From assembly GCA_000008085.1 (NCBI GenBank), contig AE017199.1, positions 450,001 to 482,000 of the forward strand: 32,000 nucleotides of DNA. Direction: 5' to 3'. Shown in pieces: positions 17,120-25,200 of the stretch. Origin of the DNA: Nanoarchaeum equitans Kin4-M (GTDB lineage Archaea; Nanobdellota; Nanobdellia; Nanobdellales; Nanoarchaeaceae). The notes beneath the pieces were generated by a model. That model did no database searches. It saw only the letters and a program-made list of their open reading frames with translations, and was not told the origin of the DNA. How positions within the stretch are numbered: position 1 is the first letter of the stretch; every line of letters begins with the position of its first letter. A program made the translations under genes and the position numbers.

Positions 17120-18585
17120 AGATGGGACAAATCGTAATCTTTTATGAGCTTTATTGTATCATGTTTTATACTCCTTATTTTTAATGGCATCGGTAACCTA
17201 AATTCTACCGAGTAAAAGTAAGCTGTATATTTGGGCAACCCTTTTATAGAAGAAGCGCTAATCCCTAACATATCTGCAACTCTATTTATGTCTTCTCTAG
17301 CAGTTAACCTAAAGGCTGCTATAGTTGTTAGTTGTGACAATAATTCGCTATCTAAACCAGAAGGGCTTTGCGCCACTACTAACAAATGCACATTAAATTT
17401 TCTTCCCTCCCTAGCTAAAGTAATAGCAGTTTCTAACAAATCTTCATATGTTCTATTTAAATAGGCATGAGCTTCTTCCATAACTATATAAATATTGCTT
17501 TTTTCCAAGTTAGATAAATCAATTTCCCCAGTTTTTAATAATAATGTTTCGTATAATAGTATACTCAATACCGCACCATAAATTTTTGTGCTTAGCCTTT
17601 TTGCTTTCAATCTTATTACATTTATTTGGTTAGGAACTATCCTTTCTATTATATATTGGTTGCCTATACTTGGTTTTAGCAATAATAGATCTTTGGCAAA
17701 CCTTTCTATTGCTCTCCATCTTCTTAATAATCTAATTCTTGTTTTGTCATAATCCTCAACCAAATTCATAGATAGCCTATTTAGTTTTTGCTTTAGCTCT
17801 CTAAACTCTTCTAAATTTTTATTTCCCCACATGGTCTCAAAGAAATCCGCTATAGTTCTATTCTCGAACAAAGAATTGTCCGCTTCATACAACAAATCTA
17901 AAGTATTAAAAAGAACTGTATGTAGGTTAGTATAATTTGGGGGTACATTAAATAATAATTCATAGAATGATACATATTCGTTAGGGTTTAGGTTTTTTAT
18001 ATCTATTTTTATTTCGGGGTATTTAGCATAATCTCCAAAAGCCTGTTCATATTCGCCATGCCTATCTAATATAATTATTGTAGCATCGGGATCCTCTTTT
18101 TTGATTTGTTTTAATATTAGTTTAACGAAATTGGATTTACCACTACCGGTTTGACCAAAAACCCCGATGTGGGGCGAGAATATAACATTTTTGTTAGTGT
18201 ATATTTTTATATTGCTGGCTTTCCCTATTTCTATACTACCTTTGGGAATTGCTTTTTCTATCTCTTCTTCTTTTGCTTTCCTAATTAAAACATTGTGTGT
18301 TGGGATATCTATTATTTCGCTATCATTTTGGGCTAATAATTGTATAACATACAAATTTTTTCCTCTATTTTCGATCCATTCACTTTCTTTTAATATTCTT
18401 TCAAATTTTAGATCGATAAAAGCTTTTCCTATTTCTCCCAAAGTAAATCTTTTGTTTTTAACTATACCGATCCATTTGTCTTGGTTTTTCTCTATAATTA
18501 CATAATCATCTAAATGTAAATTCTCCTTAGTAAGAATTTTTATTTCTTCTCTATCCGCTTCTAGCACTACAGCATTATATTCCAT
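17116..18585 (-). CDS. herA: HerA bipolar DNA helicase/translocase
   Basis: Walker A GQTGSGKSNFVK; ILDRHGEY; Walker B IYIVMEEAHAYL; VVAQSPSGLD; HAS-barrel-like N-terminus. Confidence 0.93.
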   Translation of the reverse strand: MEYNAVVLEADREEIKILTKENLHLDDYVIIEKNQDKWIGIVKNKRFTLGEIGKAFIDLKFERILKESEWIENRGKNLYVIQLLAQNDSEIIDIPTHNVLIRKAKEEEIEKAIPKGSIEIGKASNIKIYTNKNVIFSPHIGVFGQTGSGKSNFVKLILKQIKKEDPDATIIILDRHGEYEQAFGDYAKYPEIKIDIKNLNPNEYVSFYELLFNVPPNYTNLHTVLFNTLDLLYEADNSLFENRTIADFFETMWGNKNLEEFRELKQKLNRLSMNLVEDYDKTRIRLLRRWRAIERFAKDLLLLKPSIGNQYIIERIVPNQINVIRLKAKRLSTKIYGAVLSILLYETLLLKTGEIDLSNLEKSNIYIVMEEAHAYLNRTYEDLLETAITLAREGRKFNVHLLVVAQSPSGLDSELLSQLTTIAAFRLTAREDINRVADMLGISASSIKGLPKYTAYFYSVEFRLPMPLKIRSIKHDTIKLIKDYDLSHL

Positions 18586-18613
18586 TTTTAATACGAAAAT
18601 ACTTAATTTAAAT
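18585..18613. promoter_or_regulatory. Interleaved divergent promoters of herA and polB C-part
   Basis: TTTTTAATA (18585-18593) lies about 25 bp upstream of ATG 18614; ATTTAAAT (18606-18613) lies about 24.5 bp upstream of the herA ATG on the - strand. Confidence 0.55.
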
Positions 18614-18703
18614 ATGCGCTATCTTGGCAAAAAGAGAGTTATTTTATATGATTTATCTACTGAATCGGGTAAATTTTATGTTAATGGGCTAGTTTTACAC
18701 AAT
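18614..18703 (+). other. C-intein fragment (30 codons); splice junction Asn/Thr at 18703/18704
   Basis: FYVNGLVLHN matches intein block F/G ending in HN. No homing endonuclease domain and no N-intein are encoded here. Confidence 0.93.
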
Positions 18704-19375
18704 ACCGATTCATTATTCATTTCTGGGGACAAAGACAAAGTATTAGAATTTTTAGAGAAAGTAAATAAAGAATTACCCGGTAAAATACAATTAGATTTAG
18801 AAGATTTCTATGTTAGAGGGATATTCGTAAAAAAGAGGGGTGAACAAAAGGGGGCAAAAAAGAAATATGCTTTATTAAGCGAACAAGGTTACATAAAGCT
18901 AAGGGGCTTCGAAGCAGTAAGAACAGACTGGGCTCCCATAGTTAAAGAAGTCCAAACAAAGCTATTGGAAATTTTGCTAAAAGAAGGTAACATAGAAAAA
19001 GCAAGACAATACATAAAAGAAATTATTAGAAAGCTAAGAAATAGAGAAATACCATGGGAGAAGCTTTTAATTACAGAAACGATAAGAAAGCCTTTAGAAA
19101 AATACAAAGTTGAAGCTCCTCATGTGGCAGCAGCAAAAAAATATAAAAGGTTGGGCTATAAAGTTATGCCTGGCTTTAGAGTTAGATATTTAGTGGTAGG
19201 TAGCACTGGAAGGGTTTCAGATAGAATTAAAATAGACAAAGAAGTTAGGGGTAATGAATATGACCCCGAATACTACATAGAAAAACAACTATTGCCTGCA
19301 GTAGAGCAAATATTAGAATCTGTAGGTATTAAAGACACATTCACAGGCAAAAAACTAACAGATTTCTTTAAATGA
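18614..19375 (+). CDS. polB: Family B DNA polymerase, C-terminal part, preceded by a C-intein fragment (split, trans-splicing)
   Basis: MRYLGKKRVILYDLSTESGKFYVNGLVLHN|TDSLFISG: an intein block F/G with C-terminal Asn and +1 Thr, fused at the YxDTDS motif. PolB thumb features follow: GVKKR-like (GIFVKKRG), KKKYALLSEQGYIKLRGFEAVRTDWAPIVKEVQ and EAPHVAAAKKYKRLGYKV. Confidence 0.96.
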   Translation: MRYLGKKRVILYDLSTESGKFYVNGLVLHNTDSLFISGDKDKVLEFLEKVNKELPGKIQLDLEDFYVRGIFVKKRGEQKGAKKKYALLSEQGYIKLRGFEAVRTDWAPIVKEVQTKLLEILLKEGNIEKARQYIKEIIRKLRNREIPWEKLLITETIRKPLEKYKVEAPHVAAAKKYKRLGYKVMPGFRVRYLVVGSTGRVSDRIKIDKEVRGNEYDPEYYIEKQLLPAVEQILESVGIKDTFTGKKLTDFFK

Positions 19376-19773
19376 ACAGGAAAGATCATTTCCTATTAAC
19401 ATTACCTTGGGCTTACATATTTTTTAGGCTAAAATATACTAAAATACAAGCAATAATTTTAGCTATTTTATGTGCTTATTTGACATTTTTGCCAGATCTT
19501 GATTTGGTTTTAGGAATAAAGCATAGAACTATAACCCATTCCTTGTTAATAGTGTTATTATTTTTTATTCTATATTATTTAACCAAATTTTTCTTCTTTG
19601 AAGTATTAGCCTTAGCTTTCCTTTTCCATATAATAGAGGATTCCTTTACTAGTATGGGCATAAAATTGTATCCATTAAATTATAGAATTAGATTGGGTAA
19701 AACCGGTTATTGGATTAATGTAGCATCAATAATTTCTTTATTATTGTTCATATGGCTCGCTTTAAACTATTGA
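19372..19773 (+). CDS. YdjM-like (DUF457-type) membrane-bound metal-dependent hydrolase
   Basis: FLPDLDLVLGIKHRTITHSLL (DxD and HRxxTHS motifs) and multiple TM segments; overlaps the polB C-part stop by 4 nt. Confidence 0.82.
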   Translation: MNRKDHFLLTLPWAYIFFRLKYTKIQAIILAILCAYLTFLPDLDLVLGIKHRTITHSLLIVLLFFILYYLTKFFFFEVLALAFLFHIIEDSFTSMGIKLYPLNYRIRLGKTGYWINVASIISLLLFIWLALNY

Positions 19774-19787
19774 TTATATAATAAAAA

Positions 19788-20759
19788 ATGCTCGAAATAT
19801 GGGAAAAACTAATAATCCCGATAATAGTTTCTTTTGCTATTATTATATTGCTAGATAAATTCTTTTTCAAAGACGATAAAGCTTTTATCTTGCTTAGAAA
19901 GAACCTATACTTAGGTTTCTTCATTGGAACTATATATGCGGTACTGTATTTCTTTAACCTAAAAATTTTGGGTGATTTGGTTGCTATAATTTATGCAGCA
20001 AAGCTTTTGGATAATATTATAGTTATATATATTAGAAGGATTGTTGGGGAATTTTTCAAAACAAAAGAAACAGAATTCGCTATAATTTTGATTGCAAGAA
20101 CATTCCTATGGCTTACCGCAGTACATATGGTTTTATCTTCTTTTGGAATAGATATTGCCCCATTATTGACTTCTTTGGGTATAGGTTCTATAGTTATAGG
20201 TTTGGCTTTGCAAAGCACACTATCTAATTTCTTTTCGGGAATGGCAATCGCTAGTGAAGGTATTTTAAAAGAAGGAGATATAATTGAATTGCCCGAATTA
20301 GGAATTAGGGGCACTATAATAGATATAACTTGGAGAGGAGTACATATTAAAACCATAAGTGATACTATCGCTATTATACCCTTCAATTACATAAACAACA
20401 ATATAATAATAAACAAAACGAAGCATTGGCCTTGGTATTGGGGTAGAATAAATTTCGGTATATCTTATTATAGTGATTTAGATAAAGCTAAACAATTAAT
20501 AAGAACAATCCTAAAAGAAAAAGGTTTAGAAGGAGATGTAAGGTTTACTAATTTTGGCGATAACAATATAGAAGGAGTAATCTTTTTCAAAGTTTATAAT
20601 ATTTTAGATGAATTAAAATATAAAGACGAATTAATTAGAGAAATAAAAAGGCGCTTCGATAGGGAAGGCATAGAAATAAGTTTCCCGAACAGGAATATCT
20701 ATTTAAGACCAGAAGGCCTAGACAAAGTTTTAGACATTATAAAACGGGGTTTGCAATAG
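19788..20759 (+). CDS. MscS-family mechanosensitive channel
   Basis: GLALQSTLSNFFSGMAIASEGILKEGDIIELPELGIRGTIIDITWRGVHIKT, then IIPFNYINNNIIINKT; TM3/beta-domain signature. Confidence 0.95.
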   Translation: MLEIWEKLIIPIIVSFAIIILLDKFFFKDDKAFILLRKNLYLGFFIGTIYAVLYFFNLKILGDLVAIIYAAKLLDNIIVIYIRRIVGEFFKTKETEFAIILIARTFLWLTAVHMVLSSFGIDIAPLLTSLGIGSIVIGLALQSTLSNFFSGMAIASEGILKEGDIIELPELGIRGTIIDITWRGVHIKTISDTIAIIPFNYINNNIIINKTKHWPWYWGRINFGISYYSDLDKAKQLIRTILKEKGLEGDVRFTNFGDNNIEGVIFFKVYNILDELKYKDELIREIKRRFDREGIEISFPNRNIYLRPEGLDKVLDIIKRGLQ

Positions 20760-21111
20760 GTATAGATAATTCTTTTGCTTTTTCTAATATTTGTTGCCTT
20801 TTCCTTTTACCTACAGCATGGTGTATAACTGCTATTTCTCCTTCTTTTATTTTTGTTAGTTCTTCAACATTATGTATAATAACTGGTTTTAATCCATTTG
20901 GTAATAGGCCTCTAACTTTTCTAGGAGACCTATAACCTGGTTCTGGGGGCCTTGGTTTACCTTTCATTTTAAGCCTAAATTTATTGTCCCTACCATGGCC
21001 CCATCTCCATTTTGGATCATTTCTGAAAGCTTTTTTCCTATACCAGTTGGTTCTTAAAAATTCAGGTTTCTTTCTTTTTAGTTTTCTTCTAATCTTTAGA
21101 TAATGGCCCAT
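20737..21111 (-). CDS. rpl32e: 50S ribosomal protein L32e
   Basis: LKRKKPEFLRTNWYRK..., KPRPPEPGYRSPRKVRGLLPNGLKPVIIHNVEEL and GKRKR. The supplied ORF extends to a TTG at 21144, but the internal ATG at 21111 lies about 25 bp downstream of TTTAAAA (21133-21139). Confidence 0.92.
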   Translation of the reverse strand: MGHYLKIRRKLKRKKPEFLRTNWYRKKAFRNDPKWRWGHGRDNKFRLKMKGKPRPPEPGYRSPRKVRGLLPNGLKPVIIHNVEELTKIKEGEIAVIHHAVGKRKRQQILEKAKELSIPIANPVL

Positions 21112-21204
21112 TCCTTTAGGTTTAATTATTAGTTTAAAAATCAAATCTTTTTACTACTAGATAGTGGTAATTGCGTCTTTTCAAATATCTCTTATTGACC
21201 TAAA

Positions 21205-21287
21205 GCCGCCGTGCCCGAGCGGTCAAGGGGCCTGCCTGCTAAGCAGGTCCCCGTATGGGGGCGGGGGTTCGAATCCCCCCGGCGGCG
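21205..21287 (+). tRNA. tRNA-Ser (anticodon GCT)
   Basis: Acceptor GCCGCCG/CGGCGGC, anticodon arm CCTGC-CTGCTAA-GCAGG, long variable arm, T arm GGGGG-TTCGAAT-CCCCC, discriminator G; CCA is not encoded. Confidence 0.97.
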
Positions 21288-21320
21288 CTAAAGCTTTAAA
21301 TGTTTTATAATAATCTCTCT

Positions 21321-21392
21321 GGGCCCGTAGTCTAGGGGTATGACGCCGCCCTGACGAGGCGGAGGTCCGGGGTTCGAATCCCCGCGGGCCCA
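21321..21392 (+). tRNA. tRNA-Val (anticodon GAC)
   Basis: Acceptor GGGCCCG/CGGGCCC, anticodon arm CCGCC-CTGACGA-GGCGG, T arm CGGGG-TTCGAAT-CCCCG, discriminator A. Confidence 0.97.
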
Positions 21393-21449
21393 TGTATTCA
21401 CTAAACCAGAAAAACATTCCATTTAAAATAACTTATTTTAAAGAGTAAT

Positions 21450-21731
21450 GTGGATATAAGGAATTTAGAAAAAAGAATTAGGCTATTAGAAGAAAGGCTA
21501 TCAATTATTGAACAACTAATTGAATCACTAAATTCTCAATTGGTTGAGCTGTCGAAAAATATAAAATATAAATTGTACACAACAGAAAACGATTTAGAAA
21601 CAATTAAAAGAAAAATTGATTTAATAGAGAAAAGGATAAAAATTTTAGAGCAAGAAATGAATTTTGTTGCTACAAAAGAGGAATTAAAGGCTTTAGAAAA
21701 AGAAATTGAATACCTCAAGCTAATAAAATGA
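21450..21731 (+). CDS. Coiled-coil hypothetical protein (93 aa, GTG start)
   Basis: Heptad-rich sequence; TATA-like TTTAAAAT lies about 25 bp upstream; overlaps the next gene by 4 nt. Confidence 0.75.
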   Translation: MDIRNLEKRIRLLEERLSIIEQLIESLNSQLVELSKNIKYKLYTTENDLETIKRKIDLIEKRIKILEQEMNFVATKEELKALEKEIEYLKLIK

Positions 21732-22072
21732 TAGAGCTATTGTTGTATGGATTATTCTATATTTTGGGTATATTTCTCATTTCATTTTTCGCTTCCCATT
21801 CATATAGCGCTTTGAATTACCCAATAGAGAAGCAAATTATTCATACTATTGAGATTTTAGATAAACTAAATAACAATAGCACGGTTTCTATAAGATACAA
21901 TAATGTAAATGTGAAGATTACATGTGGAACTAATATTGTTTACATTGGTAACTCTATAATAGTGCCATCTAAAAGATTGTCATGCGATTGTGATAAGCCC
22001 CCATACAATGTTGAAATAACATTAAAAGATGGCCAGATAACTATAAAATGCGAGCCATTAATGAAGAAGTAA
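21728..22072 (+). CDS. Membrane-anchored Cys-containing hypothetical protein
   Basis: N-terminal hydrophobic segment (ELLLYGLFYILGIFLISFF) followed by a domain with ITCGT...SCDCDK...KCEP. Confidence 0.7.
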   Translation: MIELLLYGLFYILGIFLISFFASHSYSALNYPIEKQIIHTIEILDKLNNNSTVSIRYNNVNVKITCGTNIVYIGNSIIVPSKRLSCDCDKPPYNVEITLKDGQITIKCEPLMKK

Positions 22073-22203
22073 TGGCTATAATGATAATTTTAGTTTTATT
22101 AACAATTACGGTTTTGTTTTTGACAGTAACTCCAATATATTCAAATGCACAAATAGAAAAAGCCATAGATATAGTTAAAAAAGACATACATTTATTACAA
22201 TGA
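22072..22203 (+). CDS. Small single-TM protein (43 aa), absent from the supplied track
   Basis: Manual translation MAIMIILVLLTITVLFLTVTPIYSNAQIEKAIDIVKKDIHLLQ*. Start overlaps the upstream stop (TAATG) and stop overlaps the downstream start (ATGA). Confidence 0.65.
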   Translation: MAIMIILVLLTITVLFLTVTPIYSNAQIEKAIDIVKKDIHLLQ

Positions 22204-22427
22204 GAGCGGGTATAGCTGATGCAACTATAGCAGTAATCTTAGCTTTAATATTAACTATGATGTCATTCACTTTTGGAATGCTCTATTCAATAAAAGGCAA
22301 AATTCTTTGTGAATACCAAAATACTAAGATAGAAGATTTCCCAAAAGGGCCGTGTTGCTATCCTATATACTATTTTGAGAATGGAAACGTGTTAAAAAAA
22401 TATGTATGTCAAGAACAAAGTGAATAA
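22200..22427 (+). CDS. Small N-terminally membrane-anchored Cys-rich protein, possibly pilin-like
   Basis: MRAGIADATIAVILALILTMMSFTFGMLYS then ILCEY...GPCCYPIYY...YVCQE. Confidence 0.65.
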   Translation: MRAGIADATIAVILALILTMMSFTFGMLYSIKGKILCEYQNTKIEDFPKGPCCYPIYYFENGNVLKKYVCQEQSE

Positions 22428-22504
22428 AGCAAAAATAAGGATAACTAAACAAAATAAAAGTAATACTGCTTGAAAGCATTTAAATGATAGTGTTCTAAAA
22501 TAAT

Positions 22505-22948
22505 ATGCAGGTCTCCTTAACACCAGTATCAAAGAAAGACATACATTTATTAGAAACAGTTTTGTTAGTTAAAACCATATTCAGACCAGATGTAATAGAG
22601 ATGATAAAAGACCCAGCAGAGAGAGTAACATGGTTAGACTCTTTAGCTGTTGCAGCTGGGGCATTTGCTAGAAGGCAAGCAGGCATGTCTATTCCAGAAA
22701 TAGCAGAAGAACTTGGAAGAAGTGAAGCAACAATTAGAAAACATTTGAACCAAGAGACAAAAGCTGGTAAATTAGTTGCAGAAACATTAGAAGAGCTAAG
22801 AAAGGCCGGAGGTAAAGTAGAGTTCGAAGTTATAGATGCATTAGAATACAAAGCTAAAGTAAGCAAAGTCAAAGAAGAGCTATCCAAAGCTTTAGAAGAA
22901 GTTAAAGACGCTTTAAACAAAATCGAAGACGCTTTAAATTCTCTATAA
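22505..22948 (+). CDS. HTH transcriptional regulator-like protein with C-terminal coiled coil
   Basis: MSIPEIAEELGRSEATIRKHLNQETKAG is an HTH; ATTTAAAT (22478-22485) lies about 24 bp upstream of the ATG. Confidence 0.8.
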   Translation: MQVSLTPVSKKDIHLLETVLLVKTIFRPDVIEMIKDPAERVTWLDSLAVAAGAFARRQAGMSIPEIAEELGRSEATIRKHLNQETKAGKLVAETLEELRKAGGKVEFEVIDALEYKAKVSKVKEELSKALEEVKDALNKIEDALNSL

Positions 22949-23005
22949 ATTAGATAGAGAATATCCTATTATCGATTTTTATAAATTATTATGTCTCTCT
23001 ATTTA

Positions 23006-24205
23006 ATGCAAATCAAAGGTTGGGTCCATAAAGTTAGAGATTTAGGTAAAATAAAGTTCCTCTTAATTAGGGACGGTTATAAAATAATGCAAGCTGTAAT
23101 AAAGAAGGGGGAGTCTCCTGATTATTTATTGGATTTAGACATACCAATAGAGAGTGCTGTAGAAATAGAAGGTGAAGAAAGGGAGACCAACGGCAAAAAA
23201 GAGATATTAGTAAAAGATTTAAAGATATTAGCAAAAGCAGAACCATTGCCTATAGATCCTAAAAAAGCTACTCCTAAAAAAAGGTTTGACTATAGAATTA
23301 TAGATCTAAAATTGCCAGAAAGACAAACCTTATTTAGATTAAGGGCCAAAGTACAAAAATTCTTTAGAGATTGGTTTATGGAAAATGGTTTTGTCGAAAT
23401 AAATACTCCTAAAATAGTTATCATAGGAGCAGAAAGCGGAGCAGAGGTGTTCCCAGTATTGTATTTTGGGAAAGAGGCTTATTTAACACAATCTCCCCAA
23501 TTGTATAAACAAATGATGGTTTCGGTATTTCCAAAGGTATTCGAAATTGCTTTCGCTTATAGGGCAGAGCCATCGAGGACTTCAAGACATTTAGCAGAAT
23601 TCACTTCTGTAGATGCTGAAATGGGATTTATAAAAGATGAATATGATGTTATTAATACAATAAAGAAAATGTTAATCGATGTTAGTGAAAAGGCGATGCA
23701 AACAAAAGAATTTGAAGAATTAGCCAAACCCATAGATTTGGGTTTTGAGATTATTACTTTTGATGAAGCAAAAGAAATAGTAAAAGGCAATCCCAATGAA
23801 GATTTAACAACAGAAGAAGAGAGAAAATTAGGAGAACATTTTATGGAAGAGGGGGTAAGCTTTGTAGCAGTAACCAAATACCCATGGAGTGAAAGGCCAT
23901 TTTATACTATGCGATTAGATGATAACCCATCTTATACAAGAGGTTTTGATATTATATTTAGAGGGCTAGAAATAATAAGTGGGGCACAAAGAGAGCATCG
24001 CTATGAAAAGTTATTAGAAAACATAAAAGAAAAAGGAATAGATCCAAACAAGTTAGAATATTATTTAATGGCTTTCAAATATGGTATGCCCCCTCATGGG
24101 GGATTTGGATTGGGATTAGAGAGGTATTTAAGACAATTATTAGGATTAGACGATGTTAGGGAAGTAATACTCTTTTATAGAGACATAGATAGGTTATTGC
24201 CGTGA
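23006..24205 (+). CDS. aspS: Aspartate--tRNA ligase (archaeal type)
   Basis: IKGWVHKVRDLGKIKFLLIRDG anticodon-binding OB fold; GAESGAEVFPVLYFGKEAYLTQSPQLYKQM; FRAEPSRTSRH-like; GGFGLGLERY. The supplied ORF starts at 22991, but the ATG at 23006 fits TTTATAAA at 22978-22985. Confidence 0.94.
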   Translation: MQIKGWVHKVRDLGKIKFLLIRDGYKIMQAVIKKGESPDYLLDLDIPIESAVEIEGEERETNGKKEILVKDLKILAKAEPLPIDPKKATPKKRFDYRIIDLKLPERQTLFRLRAKVQKFFRDWFMENGFVEINTPKIVIIGAESGAEVFPVLYFGKEAYLTQSPQLYKQMMVSVFPKVFEIAFAYRAEPSRTSRHLAEFTSVDAEMGFIKDEYDVINTIKKMLIDVSEKAMQTKEFEELAKPIDLGFEIITFDEAKEIVKGNPNEDLTTEEERKLGEHFMEEGVSFVAVTKYPWSERPFYTMRLDDNPSYTRGFDIIFRGLEIISGAQREHRYEKLLENIKEKGIDPNKLEYYLMAFKYGMPPHGGFGLGLERYLRQLLGLDDVREVILFYRDIDRLLP

Positions 24206-25200
24206 CAAAATATATAGAATACAAGGGGTTTAAAATTAAAGAGCGCTTTGTAAAGCATTATGAAAAAATTGTTGATGATATAGATTTGTTCTTAGATTGG
24301 AGTTTAAGACCATTAAAAAAAGCTATTAGGGTTAACACATTGAAATTAAAAGATGATATAGGTAATTTAAACAAAGAAAACCCATTTCCAAAACTAATAA
24401 GCGCCAAAGAGATACTAAAATCTTTAGAAGAAGAAGGGTGGGAGATAGAACCAATTCCTTTCTATAAATATGGTTTTTGGGTTAGACATGAAAGCGAATC
24501 CATTGGAAATACATGGCAATTCCAAATGGGCTATATATATTCCCAAGAAGCAGCATCGATGATACCACCCTTGGCTTTAGATTTGGAAGAAAACCTATTA
24601 ATATTAGATATGGCCGCTGCTCCTGGCTCTAAAACAACACAAATAGCAATGCATACTCAAAATAATTCCTATATAATAGCTAACGACATTTCTTTAGATA
24701 GAATCTCTGCTTTGGCAGAAAATGTTCAAAGAACAGGCTCTTTAGTTACTATTACAATGCAAGATGGCAGGAATTTTAAAAAATATAAAAATACTTTTGA
24801 TAGAATATTATTAGATGCGCCTTGCTCCGGGGTAGGAGCATTAAGAAAATCGTACAAAACCTTACAAATGTGGAATCCTAATATGATAGAGAGACTATCT
24901 AAATTGCAAAGACAACTAATCCAAGCAGCATTCGAAGCTTTAAAACCAAATGGTATTTTAGTTTATTCCACATGCACATTAGAGCCTTTGGAAAATGAAT
25001 TTGTTGTAAATTGGCTATTAGAAAGGTACGAAAATGCCAAAATAGAACCAATAAGAATAGAAAACCTAAAATCGAGCGAACCAATATTAGAATGGGAGAA
25101 CTATAAATTTTTCGATGATATTAAATATACATTAAGAATTTACCCTTGGGACAATGATACAGAAGGCTTTTATATTGCGAAAATAAGAAAATTGGAATGA
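24202..25200 (+). CDS. NOP2/Sun-family RNA m5C methyltransferase
   Basis: ILDMAAAPGSKTTQIA, DRILLDAPCSGVGALRK and YSTCTLEPLENEFVV motifs. Confidence 0.93.
   Translation: MTKYIEYKGFKIKERFVKHYEKIVDDIDLFLDWSLRPLKKAIRVNTLKLKDDIGNLNKENPFPKLISAKEILKSLEEEGWEIEPIPFYKYGFWVRHESESIGNTWQFQMGYIYSQEAASMIPPLALDLEENLLILDMAAAPGSKTTQIAMHTQNNSYIIANDISLDRISALAENVQRTGSLVTITMQDGRNFKKYKNTFDRILLDAPCSGVGALRKSYKTLQMWNPNMIERLSKLQRQLIQAAFEALKPNGILVYSTCTLEPLENEFVVNWLLERYENAKIEPIRIENLKSSEPILEWENYKFFDDIKYTLRIYPWDNDTEGFYIAKIRKLE

Noticed and set aside
18614-18703. Possibility that the intein piece is a degraded full-length intein remnant
   Set aside because: The fragment starts cleanly with an ATG at promoter spacing, retains the Asn/Thr splice junction, and is preceded immediately by the divergent herA gene. 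A purpose-built split intein explains this better than a decayed one.
21223-21417. Minus-strand ORF MFFWFSEYMGPRGFEPRTSASSGRRHTPRLRAQRD...
   Set aside because: It is antisense to tRNA-Val and tRNA-Ser. GFEPRTS/GGFEPP peptides are typical false translations of the conserved T arm.
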